From NCBI GenBank assembly GCA_038924245.1, contig JBCKVB010000004.1, positions 1-57,141 of the forward strand: a stretch of 57,141 nt of DNA, given 5' to 3'. Under the pieces are notes generated by a model. That model did no database searches. It saw nothing but the letters and a program-made list of their open reading frames with translations, and was not told where the DNA came from. Numbering within the stretch: the first letter of the stretch is position 1; every line of letters starts with the position of its first letter. Both the position numbers and the translations under genes were made by a program. Of the stretch, positions 1 through 14,008 are shown piece after piece. This DNA comes from Gammaproteobacteria bacterium. GTDB lineage: Bacteria > Pseudomonadota > Gammaproteobacteria > SURF-13.

Positions 1-191
1 AGTTGGGTATGTCATTCCGGTTTATCTTGGATGGCGGCGGGTGTGACCCGCACTACGCTTGCTTTTATGCTACGTTGATAGACCTGACCCTGTGCTTCTG
101 CTCAATGGTCTGGACATGGAGAGACAGTATCACAAAATCGGCGGAGGCAAAAGACAAGACCTGACCCCCTATTTCTGCTCCAGTTGTAGTT

Positions 192-222
192 GTAGGGTGG
201 GCAAAAGCGCAGCGTTGCCCAC
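192..222 (+). repeat. REP-like palindrome (GTAG-type)
   Basis: GTAGG followed by hairpin GTGGGCAA(197-204)...TTGCCCAC(215-222); nearby GACCTGACCC motifs at ~80 and ~157. Confidence 0.6.
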
Positions 223-355
223 GGTTGCGCACATCAAACATCCGCGTGGGCAGATGAAGCTTGTCCACCCTTGCTCAGGTGGACTCCATCCCGAGATCAT
301 TGCATGTCTGAATTACTTTCGCGCGCAACTCCCGCGCCACACTTCCTCACGCGCC

Positions 356-826
356 TCAGCCAGGGCGGGGTGTCGTTGATCCTTTCAGGCCGTGGTCGCT
401 GACCGCGTCCTTGAGACCATAATCGTTGCTGCCCTTGAGGCCGCCGTCGTTTGGGGAAATGGAGGTGCCGATTGAGCCCTTGAGCGGAGTTGCGTCGCGA
501 TCGCGAATGAAGGCGGCTTGCCTTTCGGCATCTTCTTTGATGCGGCGCTCTTCGGCCTGACGCTGGCGCTCGGCCTCAGCCGCCGCTTCCGCCGCCGCCG
601 CTTCTTATTGGCGGCGCTCGGCTTCGTAGTCGCGGGTTGGGGGAGTGTAGCCACCGGAACCGGAGCTGGAACCGCCAGAAGAAGAACAAGGATCGTGCGT
701 TGACTCGCAATCAACGTTAGGTCGGCTCCCATCCGGACAATAGACTGTGCATGTCGCCGCAATTGCGGTACCTGACGCCACACTCGACAGAATGAAAATC
801 GATACCAGGATCAGGATATTTTTCAT
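356..826 (-). pseudogene. Secreted Cys-containing protein interrupted by an in-frame TAA (605-607)
   Basis: Signal peptide MKNILILVSIFILSSVASGTAIA; the same frame continues after the TAA with an EAAAAEAAAEAERQRQ coiled-coil and LKG repeats to TGA at 356-358. Confidence 0.55.
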
Positions 827-1079
827 ATCGAATTACTCCTCATTGAAGGATGCTCAGTACGAATGGCACCATGCAATAAAACTGCGGCGCAGTCTGACAT
901 GATGTGATGGCTTTGCGAAGGTGAATGCGCCGTTTTAAACACCTTATCAAACTCTACTTTTGTTTCGCTTCTCCCTAATTAAATTACCATAAGGGTATCT
1001 CTAAAAAAGGGAGAAGGTTGGGATGAGGGGATAAGGGAGAGGGGATGTTTAGAGGTGTCCTAAACCCTTTCGCTGTTTT

Positions 1080-2993
1080 TTAATGCTCACTCGCCGCGCC
1101 GCCGATCTTGCCTTCCGGCTTGGCAGGTGTTTCACCCGTGGCGCGGCGTCCGTCCGCCTTGGGCGGGGTGGGCTCGCTCTCCTGCGGCGGACGCGGCGGC
1201 CGGCCGGCCATGACGTCATTAATCTGCTGCGCATCGAGCGTCTCGTACTGGATGAGCGCCTCGGCCATGAGGTGCAGCTTGTCGAGGTTATCCGTGAGGA
1301 TTTTTCTGGCGCGCTGATAATTGCGATCCACGATGGAGCGGATTTCCCCGTCTATTGCGTGCGCGGTATCGTCCGACACCATCTTGTGCCGGGTCACGCT
1401 GTGACCCAGGAACACCTCGCCCTCCTCGTCGCTGTAGGTAAGTGGGCCGAGCTTCTCGGACAGGCCCCACTTGGTCACCATGTTGCGCGCGATTTCAGTG
1501 ATGCGCTGGATGTCGTTGGAAGCGCCCGTGGTCACCTTTTCCGCGCCGAAGATAATCTCCTCCGCGACACGGCCGCCAAACATGCCGCAGATCTGGCTCT
1601 CCAGGCGTTCCTTGCTGTAGCTGTAACGATCCTGTTCCGGGAGGAACATGGTCACGCCCAGCGCGCGCCCACGCGGGATGATGCTCACCTTATAGACCGG
1701 GTCGTGCGCGGGGACGGAAAGCCCCACAATCGCATGGCCGGCCTCGTGATAAGCGGTGAGCTTCTTTTCCTCGTCGCTAATCACCATGGAGCGGCGTTCC
1801 GTGCCCATCATGATCTTGTCCTTGGCCTTCTCGAAGTGCTCCATGCGCACCGTGCGATTGTTGCTGCGCGCGGCGAACAGGGCGGCCTCGTTCACCAGAT
1901 TGGCGAGGTCGGCGCCGGAAAAGCCCGGCGTGCCGCGCGCGATGATGGCCGGCTCGACGTTTTCATCCAGCGGCACCTTGCGCATGTGCACTTTCAGAAT
2001 TTGCTCGCGTCCGCGCACGTCCGGCAGCGGCACCACCACCTGGCGGTCGAAGCGGCCGGGGCGCAGCAACGCGGGATCCAACACGTCGGGACGGTTGGTG
2101 GCGGCGATCACGATCACTCCTTCGTTGCCCTCGAAGCCGTCCATCTCGACCAATAATTGATTCAGGGTCTGCTCGCGCTCGTCATGTCCGCCACCCAGCC
2201 CCGCGCCGCGATGACGGCCCACGGCGTCAATTTCATCTATGAAGATGATGCACGGCGCATGTTTTTTTGCCTGCTCGAACATGTCGCGCACGCGCGAGGC
2301 GCCCACGCCGACGAACATCTCGACGAAATCCGATCCGGAGATGGAAAAGAACGGCACCTTGGCCTCGCCCGCAATGGCCTTGGCGAGCAAGGTCTTGCCG
2401 GTGCCGGGATTGCCGATCATGAGCACGCCGCGCGGAATCCTGCCGCCCAGCTTCTGGAACTTGCCTGGATCGCGCAGGAATTCCACCAGTTCCGAAACCT
2501 CTTCCTTGGCCTCGTCCACGCCCGCGACATCGGCGAAGGTGATTTTGATCTGATCCTCGCCCACCATGCGCGCACGGCTCTTGCCGAACGAGAGCGCGCC
2601 GCGCGGGCCACCACCCTGCATCTGGCGCATGAAAAATATCCACACGCCGATGAGCAGCAGCATGGGGAACCAGGAGATGAAGAGTTGCATCAGCAGACCC
2701 TGCTGCTCGGGCGGGCGCGCGTCAATCTGCACGTTGTTTGTGAGCAGGTCGTTGATCAAACCGGGGTCATCGGGGCTATACGTGGTGAAGGTCTCGTTGT
2801 TTTGCATGATGCCGCGGATGGTGCGCCCTTCGATGGTCACCTTCTGTACCTTGCCCTCTTTCACGTCGGCGATGAACCGCGAGTACTCCAAGGGCTTGGC
2901 GGGCGTCTGACGCGGGCCAAAGTTGTTGAACACCGACATCAAGACGATGGCGATGACCACCCACAGAACCAGATTTTTTGCGATGTCGTTCAA
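1080..2993 (-). CDS. ftsH: ATP-dependent zinc metalloprotease FtsH
   Basis: 2 TM helices, Walker [25 protein letters not shown] zinc motif. Confidence 0.99.
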   Translation of the reverse strand: MNDIAKNLVLWVVIAIVLMSVFNNFGPRQTPAKPLEYSRFIADVKEGKVQKVTIEGRTIRGIMQNNETFTTYSPDDPGLINDLLTNNVQIDARPPEQQGLLMQLFISWFPMLLLIGVWIFFMRQMQGGGPRGALSFGKSRARMVGEDQIKITFADVAGVDEAKEEVSELVEFLRDPGKFQKLGGRIPRGVLMIGNPGTGKTLLAKAIAGEAKVPFFSISGSDFVEMFVGVGASRVRDMFEQAKKHAPCIIFIDEIDAVGRHRGAGLGGGHDEREQTLNQLLVEMDGFEGNEGVIVIAATNRPDVLDPALLRPGRFDRQVVVPLPDVRGREQILKVHMRKVPLDENVEPAIIARGTPGFSGADLANLVNEAALFAARSNNRTVRMEHFEKAKDKIMMGTERRSMVISDEEKKLTAYHEAGHAIVGLSVPAHDPVYKVSIIPRGRALGVTMFLPEQDRYSYSKERLESQICGMFGGRVAEEIIFGAEKVTTGASNDIQRITEIARNMVTKWGLSEKLGPLTYSDEEGEVFLGHSVTRHKMVSDDTAHAIDGEIRSIVDRNYQRARKILTDNLDKLHLMAEALIQYETLDAQQINDVMAGRPPRPPQESEPTPPKADGRRATGETPAKPEGKIGGAASEH

Positions 2994-3056
2994 ATCCTGA
3001 TACCTCTTTAAATATTGCTATTAGCTTATCACAAATCAGCCTAAGCTGATTAGACT

Positions 3057-3680
3057 CTACCGGCCCCGAAAGTTTCGGGCCAGCACATACAATTCCGGGC
3101 TGCGCGCGCGCGAGGCCTTGGGTTTGCGCACCTTGACTTCCTTGAAGGATAGACGCAATTCCTTCATGATCGAGGTAAATCCCGCGCCTTGGAACAGCTT
3201 GAGCAATAAATCGCCGCCCGGCGCCAGCACCTGCCGCGCGAATTCGAGCGCCAGTTCGGCCAGATACATGCCGCGCGGCTGATCCACGGACTTCATCCCG
3301 CTGATATTGGGGGACATGTCCGACATTACAAGGTGTATCGGCGCACCCTTCAAGTCCTGTAGTAATTTGTCCAGCGTCCCGGCCTCGGTAAAGTCGGCCT
3401 GCATGAACTCCACGCCCGGCAACGGTTCCATGGGCAGGAGATCGAGCGCAATCACTCGTCCGCGCGGGCCGGCCAATTTGGCCGCCTCCTGCGCCCAGCC
3501 GCCCGGCGTGCTGCCCAGGTCCACCACGGTCATGCCCGGCTTCAGAATCCGGTCGCGCGCGTTGATCTCTTGCAGCTTGAAGACGGCGCGCGAGCGGTAG
3601 CCCTTTTGCTGGGCTTCTTTTACGTAAGGGTCGGTGAAGTGCTCGCGCAGCCAGCGCTGGCTGCTTTTACTGCGCGCCAT
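3057..3680 (-). CDS. rlmE: 23S rRNA Um2552 methyltransferase RlmE
   Basis: MARSKSSQRWLREH start, YRSRAVFKL, VDLGSTPGGW, SDMSPN; canonical position upstream of ftsH; start moved from 3707. Confidence 0.97.
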   Translation of the reverse strand: MARSKSSQRWLREHFTDPYVKEAQQKGYRSRAVFKLQEINARDRILKPGMTVVDLGSTPGGWAQEAAKLAGPRGRVIALDLLPMEPLPGVEFMQADFTEAGTLDKLLQDLKGAPIHLVMSDMSPNISGMKSVDQPRGMYLAELALEFARQVLAPGGDLLLKLFQGAGFTSIMKELRLSFKEVKVRKPKASRARSPELYVLARNFRGR

Positions 3681-3683
3681 AAG

Positions 3684-3718
3684 TAAGTGACAAGTGGCAA
3701 GTGGCAAGTAGCAAGTGG
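3684..3718. repeat. Heptamer tandem repeat (CAAGTGG)x5, imperfect
   Basis: taagtga caagtgg caagtgg caagtag caagtgg. Confidence 0.9.
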
Positions 3719-3728
3719 GACGTGACGG

Positions 3729-4193
3729 CTATGATGAAGCCGGATTTTTCCTACCCAGCCCAAACGCCACCAACGCCAGTCCGGATAGGCTGGTTGCGAG
3801 GTACAACAACGCCGAGATGCCGTGTAGCATGCTAAAGCGCGCGGCCTCCGGCGTGCCGGGCGTAAAGCCCTGCGGGCTGGCCATTTTGAGCCCCTGCATC
3901 AGGGGTTGCAGCACAAATTCCATGGCCACGATCAGCACCAGCATCGCCACCAGCGCCCAGACCTGCCAGTGACGCCGCCACCCAGCGCCGGTTTGATAAA
4001 TCACCGAGGCCAGCAGTAGCGCGCCGCAAACCAGGCCGAGGGTGTTCACCGCCGTGAACATCACGCCCGCGATGCCGCCCGCGACAAAACGTTCAAAGAT
4101 GACGCTGAACAGAACCGGCACGGCGATATAACCTATCGCCCACAGCGCGCCCACCCAGAGGGTGAGCAGGATGCGTTGTCCGACGTTGACCAT
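3729..4193 (-). CDS. DUF4149-like inner membrane protein
   Basis: Four hydrophobic segments, RFSMLHGIS motif, typical position downstream of greA. Confidence 0.75.
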   Translation of the reverse strand: MVNVGQRILLTLWVGALWAIGYIAVPVLFSVIFERFVAGGIAGVMFTAVNTLGLVCGALLLASVIYQTGAGWRRHWQVWALVAMLVLIVAMEFVLQPLMQGLKMASPQGFTPGTPEAARFSMLHGISALLYLATSLSGLALVAFGLGRKNPASS

Positions 4194-4194
4194 G

Positions 4195-4670
4195 TTATGC
4201 ATAACGCACGGCGGTGATTTCATATTCCTTCACCCCGCCCGGCGTCTGCACCGCCGCGATGTCGCCTTCCTCCTTGCTGATCAGCGCGCGCGCGATGGGC
4301 GAGCTGATGGAGATCATGCCCTGCTTGATGTCCGCCTCGTCGTCGCCCACGATCTGGTAGGTCACTTTGTCGCCGGTCTCTTCGCTGATCAGGTCCACGG
4401 TCGCGCCGAACACCACCCGGCCGTGCGCGTTGAGCCTGGAAACGTCTATGATTTCGGCGTTGCCGAGCTTGCCTTCAATCTCGGCGATGCGGCCTTCGAT
4501 GAAGCTCTGCTGCTCCTTGGCGGCGTGATATTCGGCGTTTTCCTTCAGATCGCCGTGCGCGCGCGCCTCGGTGATGGCGGTGATGACGCGCGGACGCGCC
4601 ACGGTTTTCAATTCATGCAATTCGTCGCGCAGTTTTTGCGCGCCTTTAACCGTGATCGGCACCATGTTGC

Positions 4671-4674
<4 letters not shown>
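4195..4674 (-). CDS. greA: Transcription elongation factor GreA
   Basis: [27 protein letters not shown]. Confidence 0.98.
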
Positions 4675-7873
<3,199 letters not shown>

Positions 7874-7895
<22 letters not shown>

Positions 7896-9028
7896 GACTT
7901 CATAAGCTGAATAAATTTATCGAACAAATAATGCACATCATGCGGACCGGGGCAGTCTTCCGGATGGCCCTGGAAGCTGAACGCCGGGCAATCGGTGCGC
8001 TCCACGCCCTGCAGCGAACCGTCAAACAGCGAGCGATGCGTGGCGCGCAAGTTTTTCGGCAGCGTCGTCTCGTCCACCGCAAAACCGTGATTCTGGCTGG
8101 TAATCAGCACGCGTCCGCCGGAGAGCTCCTGCACCGGATGGTTGGCGCCGTGGTGGCCGAACTTCATCTTGACCGTCCTGGCGCCGCTCGCCAACCCCAG
8201 CAGTTGATGGCCCAGACAGATGCCGAATACCGGCACGCGCGCCTGCAAAATCTCGCGTATCGCCGTGATGGCGTAATCACACGGCTCCGGGTCGCCGGGG
8301 CCGTTGGAGAGAAATACGCCATCGGGCTTGAGCGCCAGCGCCTCCTGCGCGGGCGTCCTGGCGGGCAGCACCGTGACCCGGCAGCCGCGATCCGCCAGGC
8401 GGTTTAAAATGCCGCGCTTGATGCCGTAATCATACGCCGCCACGTGCCAGGGGAGTTCATCCGCCGCGCGGGGCGCGGGCACGCCCTGCTCCAGCGTCCA
8501 ACTGCCCTGCCGCCACTCATATTGTTTAGATGTGGTGACTTCCTGAGCCAAGTCCATGCCCTTGAGTCCGGGGAAGTCACGCGCCGCCTTGAGCGCTGCG
8601 GCCTCATTGATGTTATCGCCCGCCACGATGCAGCCATTCTGCGCACCCTTTTCGCGCAAAATCCTGGTCAACCTGCGCGTGTCTATCCCGGCTATCGCCA
8701 CCACGCGCTGCTGTTGCAGATACTCCGCCAGGCTTAGCTCGGCGCGCCAGTTGCTGGTGGTCAGGGACAAGTCGCGGATCACCAGGCCCGTGGCCCACAC
8801 CTTGTTCGCGTTGGCGTCGGCGCGGTTCACCCCCACGTTACCGATGTGCGGAGTGGTGAAGGTGACGATCTGCTTATAATAGGAAGGGTCGGTGAGGATT
8901 TCCTGATAGCCGGTGATCGCGGTATTAAATACCACCTCGCCCACGGCCTGCCCCGCCACGCCGACGGACTCGCCCCAAAACAGGCTCCCATCTTGCAGCG
9001 CTAACAGGGCAGGCTTGCGCGCACTCAT
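7874..9028 (-). CDS. carA: Carbamoyl-phosphate synthase small chain
   Basis: [28 protein letters not shown] (catalytic Cys), FQGHPE. Confidence 0.98.
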
Positions 9029-9045
9029 TTCTCACTCCAGATGTG

Positions 9046-9078
9046 AAAACGGGAAGGCCTGCTGGACAGCCTTCCCGT
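9046..9078 (-). terminator. Terminator-like hairpin in carA leader (candidate attenuator)
   Basis: 10-bp stem ACGGGAAGGC/GCCTTCCCGT plus a short U run, 17 nt upstream of the carA start. Confidence 0.55.
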
Positions 9079-9459
9079 CTCCGTTGTCACGTCTTGAACT
9101 ATGCAGTAAATTTTACTTGATGAGGTGTGCAGTGTCCATTACATCGCACTGCGTAACGCGCTCGCCCGCACCCTGAATCTGAAAAATTTCTCTACTCGCA
9201 GTGTATGTTTATAACGTTAATAACGGGCCAGTCTTATCATTAATAAATATAACTAAATCAAATATATACAATAATATATTAATTAATTACTTTAATACTC
9301 CGCGTGGCTGGGGTCAAGGCGGCGGCTGAGCAGAGCGGCCCGCCGCCGCGCGCATGCGTGGTGTTCGGGCGAGCTACTCGTCGCCAAGACCGGCCCTTTT
9401 CCGTCATTGGCCCAAAGCTCACCGTGCCCGGCCCTCGCGGCTGCAGGTCAGGAGATGCA

Positions 9460-10437
9460 CTAAGGCGCGCTTAAATAATGCAGGCTAAACAGTTGCTGCT
9501 CGTCTACCCAAGCCTGATCGGCCTTGAACCCGGCCGCTTCGGCCATGCTCCGAAATTCTTCCAGGGTATATTTATATGAATTTTCCGTGTGGATGCTCTC
9601 ACCTTCGCTGAAGTAAATCGGCACATCATTCACGCTTGCGGTTTGTTGTTTCAAACTCACCAGATGCATCTCGATACGGCCGTGTTCTTTATTGTAAAAC
9701 GCATGATGGCGGAAATCGGCCAGGCAAAAGTCAGCGTCAAGTTCGTTGTTGATACGCGTTAGCATATTCAAATTAAATTCGGCGGTGATACCGCGCGAGT
9801 CATTGTAGGCAGCGTGCAAGATTGTGATATCTTTCTTCAGGTCAACGCCGACCAGCATGCCGCCACCGGGCCCGACCAGTTTCAAGGCATTTTTGAGCAG
9901 GCGTATGGCCTCCATCGGCTTGCAATTACCTATCGTCGAGCCGGGGAAGAAGATCGCCTTTTTTGTGTTCTGGAATTTACCGCCTTGGGGCAGCGCCGTT
10001 AGCCGCATGTAGTCGGCACAGATGGCAACCACCTCCAAATTCTCATGCGACGCGGCAATACGGCTGGAGGAAGGCAGCAAATACTCCTTGCAGATATCGA
10101 TCGGCATATACGCAAGCGGGGTTTGCAGCGCCTCTAGCAAGATCGAGGTCTTGCGGCTACTGCCGCTGCCGTATTCTACCAGGAGACAGTTCTGTCCCAA
10201 GGCAGCGGCGATCTCGGCGCGGTGCTTTTCCAGCAGGCCGATTTCCGTGCGCGTGAGATAGTATTCTTCCAACCCGCTGATCTGATCGAATAAGGCAGAG
10301 CCACGCTCATCATAGAAGTATTTGGCAGAAATTTCTTTTTGAGTTTCGCCGAGACCTGCCAGCACCTCCTGCAAAAAATCATCGCGCTCGGGATGGAAGT
10401 CATGGAAGGCAATCGCCGCGTTGGTCTGGATTTTCAT
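9460..10437 (-). CDS. egtD: L-histidine N-alpha-methyltransferase EgtD
   Basis: KYFYDERGS, EYYLTRTE, EYGSGS, FPGSTIGN, HTENSYKY; ATGA overlap with egtB stop gives start 10437. Confidence 0.93.
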   Translation of the reverse strand: MKIQTNAAIAFHDFHPERDDFLQEVLAGLGETQKEISAKYFYDERGSALFDQISGLEEYYLTRTEIGLLEKHRAEIAAALGQNCLLVEYGSGSSRKTSILLEALQTPLAYMPIDICKEYLLPSSSRIAASHENLEVVAICADYMRLTALPQGGKFQNTKKAIFFPGSTIGNCKPMEAIRLLKNALKLVGPGGGMLVGVDLKKDITILHAAYNDSRGITAEFNLNMLTRINNELDADFCLADFRHHAFYNKEHGRIEMHLVSLKQQTASVNDVPIYFSEGESIHTENSYKYTLEEFRSMAEAAGFKADQAWVDEQQLFSLHYLSAP

Positions 10438-11729
10438 GCGTCTTCCGTCAAACGTAAGCCGGAGAACTGCCAGCGTGTCTCGGGCGGGAAAAAGTTTCGG
10501 TAGCTGGCGCGCAAATGACTCGCTGAAGTAACGCAGGAACCCCCACGCAAGGTCATCTGGTTGCACATGAACTTGCCGTTATATTCACCTAGCGAACCCG
10601 CACCAGGCTGATAACCGGGATAAGGCGTATAGGGGCTTTGCGTCCATTCCCAAACATCGCCGAACATCTGTGCGGGCAAACAGGCATCAGCGGTTATCGC
10701 TGTGGGGTGCAAAATACCCGACTCGAGCAAATTCCCCGCTACAGGAATCTGCGTTGCCGCATTCTCCCACTCGGCCTCTGTAGGCAATCGCTTCCCGGCC
10801 CAGCGTGCATAGGCATCAGCCTCGTAATAACTGATGTGGCTGACCGGCTCTGCTGTAACGAGTTCGCGCATTCCGGACAACGTCATCAGTGACCAGCGTC
10901 CGTCATGGCGTTCCCAATAAAGCGGCGTCTGCCAGTGCTGCGTTTGCACGGCCTGCCATCCGGCAGACAACCAATATTCCGCCTTACCATACCCGCCAGC
11001 CTCGATAAATTCCAAATACTCACCGTTGGTAACGAGGCGCGCGGCGAGGCGGTAATTTTCCAGATAAACACGATGGCGCGGCATTTCGTTATCGAATGCG
11101 AATTCGTCACTGTTATGGCCGATTTGACGGATGCCGCCGTGATAACCCAGCCATTGAAACGGGACGATGGGCTCTGCATTTGCGACATCCGCTGAGCGAT
11201 AAGCAGGACGCAGCGGATTCATGGCGAAGATGTGCTTAATGTCGGTCAGCAATAATTCCTGGTGCTGCTGCTCGTGATGAAAGCCCAGGGTTATCAATGG
11301 CGCGATGACATGCCATTGCCCGGCATCAACGCTAGCGACCAATTCCCCCATGAAGCGGTTTACATGACTGCGGTAATCGTACACCTCTTCCACCGTCGGC
11401 CGCGACAACAGGCCGCGATGCGTGCGCGGGTGGAAGCTGCCCACCGTTTCATAATACGAATTGAACAAGTAGCCGAACTCGGGATGGAAGGGTTGGTAAG
11501 CGGGAAGGTGAGGTACTAACAGAAAGTTTTCAAAAAACCAGCTGGTATGCGCCAGGTGCCATTTGGGCGGGCTGACATCGGGCATGGTCTGGATAACATA
11601 ATCTTCGATGGCGAGCGGCTGGCACAGCGACTCGGTCAGTCCGCGCACTTCAAGGTAGCGATTCCACACGTGCTCTCTGCGCAGGCATGGCGGCGTCAGG
11701 CTTGATAATGGTGTAGCTGTTGCTGTCAC
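10434..11729 (-). CDS. egtB: Ergothioneine sulfoxide synthase EgtB
   Basis: SPPKWHLAHTSWFFE, FNSYY, HEQQHQE iron motif, FGE-sulfatase domain (RLPTEAEWE, GDVWEWT); GTG start after GGAGG inferred. Confidence 0.92.
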   Translation of the reverse strand: MTATATPLSSLTPPCLRREHVWNRYLEVRGLTESLCQPLAIEDYVIQTMPDVSPPKWHLAHTSWFFENFLLVPHLPAYQPFHPEFGYLFNSYYETVGSFHPRTHRGLLSRPTVEEVYDYRSHVNRFMGELVASVDAGQWHVIAPLITLGFHHEQQHQELLLTDIKHIFAMNPLRPAYRSADVANAEPIVPFQWLGYHGGIRQIGHNSDEFAFDNEMPRHRVYLENYRLAARLVTNGEYLEFIEAGGYGKAEYWLSAGWQAVQTQHWQTPLYWERHDGRWSLMTLSGMRELVTAEPVSHISYYEADAYARWAGKRLPTEAEWENAATQIPVAGNLLESGILHPTAITADACLPAQMFGDVWEWTQSPYTPYPGYQPGAGSLGEYNGKFMCNQMTLRGGSCVTSASHLRASYRNFFPPETRWQFSGLRLTEDA

Positions 11730-11945
11730 GAGGCCTCCATTTTGGACAAAACCCAGCAACTCCCTGCCGTCCATCAATGTGTCAATCTACGCTTGGGTTT
11801 GAGGTAAGCGCCCGAACAAATGGGGGTACCTCAGACTCGACTTAACGAGGAAGAACGCCATTTAATCGAGTCTGACCCCTTTTGTTGCCTTTAATGAATT
11901 ACTTTACTAACAAACGTCGAAATCATTCGCAAGAAATAAAGTGAT

Positions 11946-12773
<828 letters not shown>

Positions 12774-13907
12774 TCATTGACGCAAATCCTCGAAGAATTT
12801 CTTGATGCCATCCATCCAGGAGCTGGCGCGCGGGCTGTGCTTTCTGCCGCCTTCGCGCAGCGACTGCTCCAGCTCGGTGAGTAGCGCCTTTTGCCGCGCA
12901 CTGAGACTGACCGGCGTTTCCACCGTGACGCGGCACAACAGATCGCCCACCTCGCCGCCGCGCACCGGGCGCACGCCCTTGCCGCGCAGACGGAACAGTT
13001 TATTGGATTGGGTCTCCGGCGGGATTTTCAGCTTCACGCGCCCGCCCAGCGTCGGCACTTCAATCTCGCCGCCCAGCGCCGCCGTGGTCAGCGAGATCGG
13101 CACCTCGCACAGCAGATCGCTGCCGTCGCGGGTAAAAATAGAATGCGCGCGCACGTTGATATGCACGTACAAGTCGCCCGGCGGCCCGCCCTTGAAACCC
13201 ACCTCGCCTTCGCCGCTGAGACGAATGCGGTCGCCGTTGTCCACGCCAAGGGGAATTTTGACCGACAGGGTCTTCGGTTCCTGGATACGCCCCATGCCGC
13301 GACAAGTCGGGCACGGGTCACTGATGAGTTCGCCGCTGCCGCGGCAGCGCGGACAGGTCTGTTGCAGCGAGAAAAAGCCCTGCTGCATGCGCACCTGGCC
13401 CTGGCCGGAACAGGTCGGACAGGTTACCGGTTTGGTGCCGGGTTTCGCGCCGCTGCCGCCGCAGGCGCGGCACGCGGTTTGCGCGGGGACGCGGATGTTG
13501 ACGGTGGTGCCGTGCACCGCATCTTCCAGGCTGACGTCCAGGTTGTAACGCAGGTCGGCGCCCGCATGCACCGCGCCCGCTCCGGTGCGCCCGCCGCCGA
13601 AGATATCGCCGAACACGTCATTGAAAATGTCGGTGAAACCGGCCCCGCGTCCATGCGCCGCACCCGCCCCGGCCGCAGCGGCACTCACACCCGCGTGGCC
13701 GAACTGGTCGTAGGCGCTGCGCTTGCGCGCGTCGCTCAAGACTTCGTAGGCCTCCTTGGCCTCCTTGAATTTTTCCTCGGCCGATTTGTCGTCAAGGTTG
13801 CGGTCGGGATGGAGTTTCATGGCCAAACGGCGATAGGCCTTTTTGATTTCCTCATCGCTGGCGTTGCGCGCCACGCCAAGCGTTTCGTAGTATTCGCGTT
13901 TTGCCAT
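12774..13907 (-). CDS. dnaJ: Chaperone DnaJ
   Basis: J domain with HPD, G/F region, four CxxCxGxG repeats. Confidence 0.99.
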   Translation of the reverse strand: MAKREYYETLGVARNASDEEIKKAYRRLAMKLHPDRNLDDKSAEEKFKEAKEAYEVLSDARKRSAYDQFGHAGVSAAAAGAGAAHGRGAGFTDIFNDVFGDIFGGGRTGAGAVHAGADLRYNLDVSLEDAVHGTTVNIRVPAQTACRACGGSGAKPGTKPVTCPTCSGQGQVRMQQGFFSLQQTCPRCRGSGELISDPCPTCRGMGRIQEPKTLSVKIPLGVDNGDRIRLSGEGEVGFKGGPPGDLYVHINVRAHSIFTRDGSDLLCEVPISLTTAALGGEIEVPTLGGRVKLKIPPETQSNKLFRLRGKGVRPVRGGEVGDLLCRVTVETPVSLSARQKALLTELEQSLREGGRKHSPRASSWMDGIKKFFEDLRQ

Positions 13908-13945
13908 GGTGCTATTTTAGTTAAAAAATTCCGGCCCGGAAACGA

Positions 13946-13972
13946 AAACGCAGAGCACACTGCTCTGCGTTT
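13946..13972. terminator. Perfect 12-bp hairpin between dnaK and dnaJ
   Basis: AAACGCAGAGCA-cac-TGCTCTGCGTTT. Confidence 0.6.
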
Positions 13973-14008
13973 GTACTGCCCTACATTTTAACATCAAATA
14001 CGAACCGC

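Noticed and set aside
1-15. Possible start of a downstream gene (folP expected after ftsH)
   Set aside because: Only five codons (MTYPT) in the window; unidentifiable
9300-9459. GC-rich scrap between egtD and the AT-rich tract
   Set aside because: No frame gave a recognisable protein or RNA structure
10434-11729. Selenoneine synthase SenA
   Set aside because: No senB or selD-like senC adjacent; pairing with egtD favours EgtB
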